DNA of 64,000 nucleotides from an uncultured Bacteroidota bacterium (GTDB lineage: Bacteria > Bacteroidota > Bacteroidia > Flavobacteriales > Flavobacteriaceae). This document shows, piece by piece, positions 60,697 to 64,000 of the stretch (the first letter of the stretch is position 1; the number at the start of each line of letters is the position of its first letter). Both the position numbers and the translations under genes were made by a program. The notes beneath the pieces were generated by a model. It saw nothing but the letters and a program-made list of their open reading frames with translations, searched no databases and was not told the DNA's origin. Location: contig CAIMMM010000006.1 of assembly GCA_903842575.1 (NCBI GenBank), positions 11,456 to 75,455 of the forward strand, in the 5' to 3' direction.

Positions 60697-63003
60697 ATGT
60701 CACAAAAAAATAACACAACCGTAAAAGACATTAATTACTATAAAAATAAGTTTTGGAAACTTTTCTTTTATAGTCTTGGGATATTTATTTTTTTCTTCTT
60801 TTTAGCGTCATGGGGGTTTTTTGGATCAATGCCTTCCTTTGAAGATTTAGAAAATCCCGAGTCAAATTTAGCAACGGAAATTATCTCCTCAGATGGCGTA
60901 ACAATAGGAAAATTTTATAACGAAAACAGAACGCCCGTCAAGTATGAAGATTTACCAAAATATATGGTTTATGCTCTCGTTTCTACTGAAGACGAACGGT
61001 TTTATGAGCATTCGGGCATTGATGCCCGTAGAACTTTTGGAGCCGCTTTAAAGTTAGGATCCAATGGTGGCGCCAGTACATTAACCCAACAATTAGCCAA
61101 ATTACTTTTCCATGGAGAGGGATCAAAATTTAAACTTTTCCGAATTATCCAAAAAGTAAAAGAATGGATAATCGCCATTAAATTAGAACGCCAATACACC
61201 AAAAATGAAATCATTGCTATGTATTTAAACAAAGCTGATTTCATTAATACGGCGGTTGGAATTCGTTCTGCGGCTAAAGTGTATTTTGGAAAAGAACCAA
61301 GAGATTTATCCATTGATGAAAGCGCTATGCTAATTGGAATGCTTACCAATCCTTCCTTATTCAATCCTGTTCGTCGACCAGAAAAAGTACAAAAAAGAAG
61401 AAATATTGTCTTAGGACAAATGGTTAGAAACAAGCATTTGGATGAAGCTACCAAAAAATTATTAGAAGTTAAACCAATAGTTTTACACTTTCATCCTGAA
61501 AGTCACAATGAAGGTACGGCAACTTATTTCCGTGAATTCCTTCGTGAATACATGAAAAACTGGGTCAAAGAAAATAAAAAACCCGATGGTTCCGATTATG
61601 ATATTTATAGCGACGGTTTGAAAATTTATACCACCATCGATTCCAAAATGCAAGAACATGCCGAAGAAGCGGTTTCTGCTCATATGAAAAATTTACAAAA
61701 AGAATTTTTTGCACAATCCAAAGACAATAAAAATGCTCCATTTGTAAATATCTCTGATATCGAAACACAAAGAATTCTTGACAAAGCAATGAAAACTTCC
61801 GATCGTTGGAGGATTATGAAAGAGAATGACAAATCCGATGAGGAGATTATAGCGTCATTCCAAGTGAAAGCAAAAATGAAAGTATTCTCATGGCGAGGTG
61901 AAATTGATACTATCATGAAACCCATCGATTCCATCCGTTATTATAAACATTTTCTACAAGCCGGATTAATGTCGATGGAACCACAAACAGGCCATATAAA
62001 AGCTTGGGTTGGCGGAATCAATTACAAATATTTCCAATACGATCACGTGGGCCAAGGCGCAAGACAAGTTGGTTCTACATTCAAACCATTTGTATATGCA
62101 ACCGCAATTGAACAGCTTGGAATGTCCCCTTGCGACTCCATTATTGACGGTCCTTTTATGATTCACAAAGGACGCCATCATGTAACTAAAGATTGGGAAC
62201 CACAAAATTCCGATCGCAAATACCGAGGTATGGTTACACTCAAAAAAGCTTTGGCAAATTCTATCAACACGGTTTCGGCAAAATTAATTGACAAAGTGGG
62301 TCCAGAAGCTGTTGTGGAACTTACCAAAAAATTGGGAATCAAATCAGAAATTCCCATACAACCCTCCATTGCACTTGGCGCTGTAGATATTACAGTGGAA
62401 GACATGGTTGCTGCCTATAGTACGTTTGCAAATCAAGGCGTTTATATTAAACCCCAATTCATCAGTAGAATCGAAGATAAAAATGGCGTGGTATTATACG
62501 AACCAAAAATGGATTCTCATGACGTACTAAACAAAGACATTTCCTATGCAATTATCAAATTGCTTGAAGGTGTTACTGAAGAAGGATCGGGTGTGCGTTT
62601 AAGAACACAAGGTGGTGGAAACGGAGATAATCGCTGGACAGGTTATCCATACATGTTTACGAATCCTATTGCCGGAAAAACAGGAACCTCCCAAAATCAA
62701 TCCGATGGATGGTTTATTGGAATGGTACCCAACTTGGTAACGGGTGTTTGGGTAGGTTGTGAAGATCGATCGGCACGTTTCAAAGGAATAACCTATGGCC
62801 AAGGGGCAACTGCAGCTTTGCCAGTTTGGGGTTATTATATGAAAAAATGTTATGAAGACAAAGACTTACAAGTGTCCAAAGACGCTTTTGAAAGACCTGA
62901 TAATTTATCTATAAAAGTGGATTGTTATTCGCCTAGAACTGTTGTTGATACTACATTAGTTCCCGTTGAAGAAGAACAAAATACCGAAGAATTTGGATTA
63001 TAA
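60697..63003 (+). CDS. mrcA: penicillin-binding protein 1A (bifunctional glycosyltransferase/transpeptidase)
   Basis: GT51 motifs (EDERFYEHSGID, GASTLTQQL, RKVKE-like) and transpeptidase STFKP, SINT, KTGTS. Confidence 0.9.
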   Translation: MSQKNNTTVKDINYYKNKFWKLFFYSLGIFIFFFFLASWGFFGSMPSFEDLENPESNLATEIISSDGVTIGKFYNENRTPVKYEDLPKYMVYALVSTEDERFYEHSGIDARRTFGAALKLGSNGGASTLTQQLAKLLFHGEGSKFKLFRIIQKVKEWIIAIKLERQYTKNEIIAMYLNKADFINTAVGIRSAAKVYFGKEPRDLSIDESAMLIGMLTNPSLFNPVRRPEKVQKRRNIVLGQMVRNKHLDEATKKLLEVKPIVLHFHPESHNEGTATYFREFLREYMKNWVKENKKPDGSDYDIYSDGLKIYTTIDSKMQEHAEEAVSAHMKNLQKEFFAQSKDNKNAPFVNISDIETQRILDKAMKTSDRWRIMKENDKSDEEIIASFQVKAKMKVFSWRGEIDTIMKPIDSIRYYKHFLQAGLMSMEPQTGHIKAWVGGINYKYFQYDHVGQGARQVGSTFKPFVYATAIEQLGMSPCDSIIDGPFMIHKGRHHVTKDWEPQNSDRKYRGMVTLKKALANSINTVSAKLIDKVGPEAVVELTKKLGIKSEIPIQPSIALGAVDITVEDMVAAYSTFANQGVYIKPQFISRIEDKNGVVLYEPKMDSHDVLNKDISYAIIKLLEGVTEEGSGVRLRTQGGGNGDNRWTGYPYMFTNPIAGKTGTSQNQSDGWFIGMVPNLVTGVWVGCEDRSARFKGITYGQGATAALPVWGYYMKKCYEDKDLQVSKDAFERPDNLSIKVDCYSPRTVVDTTLVPVEEEQNTEEFGL

Positions 63004-63059
63004 ATTTTAGAAGCTGTTTTCTGTCTAGTCCTAAAAGATGAGAGGCTAAAAATTTCAGT

Positions 63060-63761
63060 ATGATTAATAAAAAAGTAAACTCAGTACAAGAAGCATTACA
63101 AGGAATCCAAAACAATATGACCATCATGTTGGGCGGATTTGGTCTTTGCGGCATTCCCGAAAACAGCATCGCCGAATTGGTAAAAAAAGAAACTACAGGA
63201 CTAACTTGCATTTCCAATAATGCCGGAGTAGATGATTTTGGATTAGGATTGTTGCTTCAAAAAAAACAAATCAAAAAAATGATTTCTTCCTATGTGGGAG
63301 AAAATGCCGAATTTGAACGCCAAATGCTTTCTGGCGAACTCGAAGTAGATTTAATTCCGCAAGGGACTTTAGCCGAACGTTGTCGTGCAGCACAAGCTGG
63401 AATTCCAGCGTTTTTTACGCCTGCAGGTTATGGTACCGAAGTTGCTAATGGAAAAGAGGTTCGAGAATTCAACGGAAAAATGCACATTATGGAGCATGCT
63501 TTTAAAGCCGATTTTGCTATTGTAAAAGCTTGGAAAGGGGACGCCGCTGGCAATTTGATTTTTAAAGGAACGGCTCGGAATTTTAATCCTTGCATGTGTG
63601 GCGCCGCAAAAATTACTATTGCCGAAGTAGAAGAGCTTGTTGAAATAGGAATACTTGATCCCAATCAAATTCACATTCCAGGAATATTGGTGCAACGCAT
63701 TTTTCAAGGTGAAAATTACGAAAAAAGAATTGAACAACGTACCACTCGTAAAAGAGCATAG
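63060..63761 (+). CDS. 3-oxoacid CoA-transferase subunit A
   Basis: [15 protein letters not shown] and MISSYVGEN motifs. 233 aa. Confidence 0.8.
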   Translation: MINKKVNSVQEALQGIQNNMTIMLGGFGLCGIPENSIAELVKKETTGLTCISNNAGVDDFGLGLLLQKKQIKKMISSYVGENAEFERQMLSGELEVDLIPQGTLAERCRAAQAGIPAFFTPAGYGTEVANGKEVREFNGKMHIMEHAFKADFAIVKAWKGDAAGNLIFKGTARNFNPCMCGAAKITIAEVEELVEIGILDPNQIHIPGILVQRIFQGENYEKRIEQRTTRKRA

Positions 63762-63763
63762 TC

Positions 63764-64000
63764 ATGGCTTTAGATAAAAATCAAATCGCGAAACGCATCG
63801 CACAAGAATTAAAACACAACTATTTTGTGAATCTAGGTATTGGTATTCCAACACTAGTTGCGAATTATATTCCCAAAGGAATTGATGTGGATTTTCAAAG
63901 TGAAAACGGCATACTTGGAATGGGGCCATTCCCCTATGAAGGAGAAGAAGACGCCGATTTAATCAATGCTGGGAAGCAAACCATAACAACATTGCCTGGA
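63764..64000 (+). CDS. 3-oxoacid CoA-transferase subunit B (5' part, runs off the window)
   Basis: My own translation from ATG 63764: [47 protein letters not shown]. Confidence 0.75.
   Translation, partial: MALDKNQIAKRIAQELKHNYFVNLGIGIPTLVANYIPKGIDVDFQSENGILGMGPFPYEGEEDADLINAGKQTITTLPG

Noticed and set aside
1-64000. Search for CRISPR arrays, tRNA/rRNA genes, IS elements, integrases, and toxin-antitoxin or known defence-system genes.
   Set aside because: I found no regularly spaced direct repeats, no cloverleaf-like GC-rich segments in the intergenic regions, and no transposase- or recombinase-like translations in the ORF track. The YraN-family gene (32285..32644) is a widespread housekeeping-type small endonuclease-fold protein and is not evidence of a defence island.

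Overview
Low-GC, densely coding chromosomal segment that looks like Bacteroidota, probably Flavobacterium. Support: gldH, a T9SS C-terminal sorting domain, and TAnnTTTG -7 promoter boxes. I saw no rRNA, tRNA, CRISPR array, transposase, integrase or prophage genes. Gene order: (1) tandem beta-eliminating lyase paralogs, one tyrosine-phenol-lyase-like and one tryptophanase-like. (2) An anaerobiosis/NO-stress island: ric, nrdD, nrdG, a norCB-like cytochrome c plus divergent heme-copper-oxidase subunit, a fasciclin lipoprotein, a His-rich polytopic membrane protein and a Cys-poor Crp/Fnr regulator. Perfect TATGAT-N4-ATCATA palindromes sit in its intergenic regions. (3) A small Cys-motif protein plus an outer-membrane barrel. 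(4) A complete reductive pyrimidine catabolism operon: NCS1 permease, PreT/PreA, dihydropyrimidinase, two non-homologous candidate beta-ureidopropionases, a class III aminotransferase and a semialdehyde dehydrogenase. (5) Housekeeping and envelope genes: two M13 peptidases, L,D-transpeptidase, Tdh-like epimerase, mfd, yraN, ldcA-like, metG, HAD hydrolase, short SSB, M28 and S9 peptidases, and a large BNR/sortilin-repeat T9SS substrate. (6) Metal and redox genes: SCO, feoA, feoB, a small Cys-rich protein, an MntH-USP fusion and a bacilliredoxin. (7) The most unusual locus: TrhO fused to a U32 C-terminal module, an orphan radical-SAM gene, a U32 (TrhP/RlhA-family) protein and a translationally coupled ferredoxin. 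(8) PSP1/RicT, gldH, PBP1A and CoA-transferase subunits A/B. Other notable points: the glycyl-radical motif of NrdD lies in a different reading frame from the catalytic body, and an Fnr-type box at class-II-like distance precedes feoAB. All calls rest on motif recognition in the supplied translations and on reading the DNA by eye. No database search was possible.
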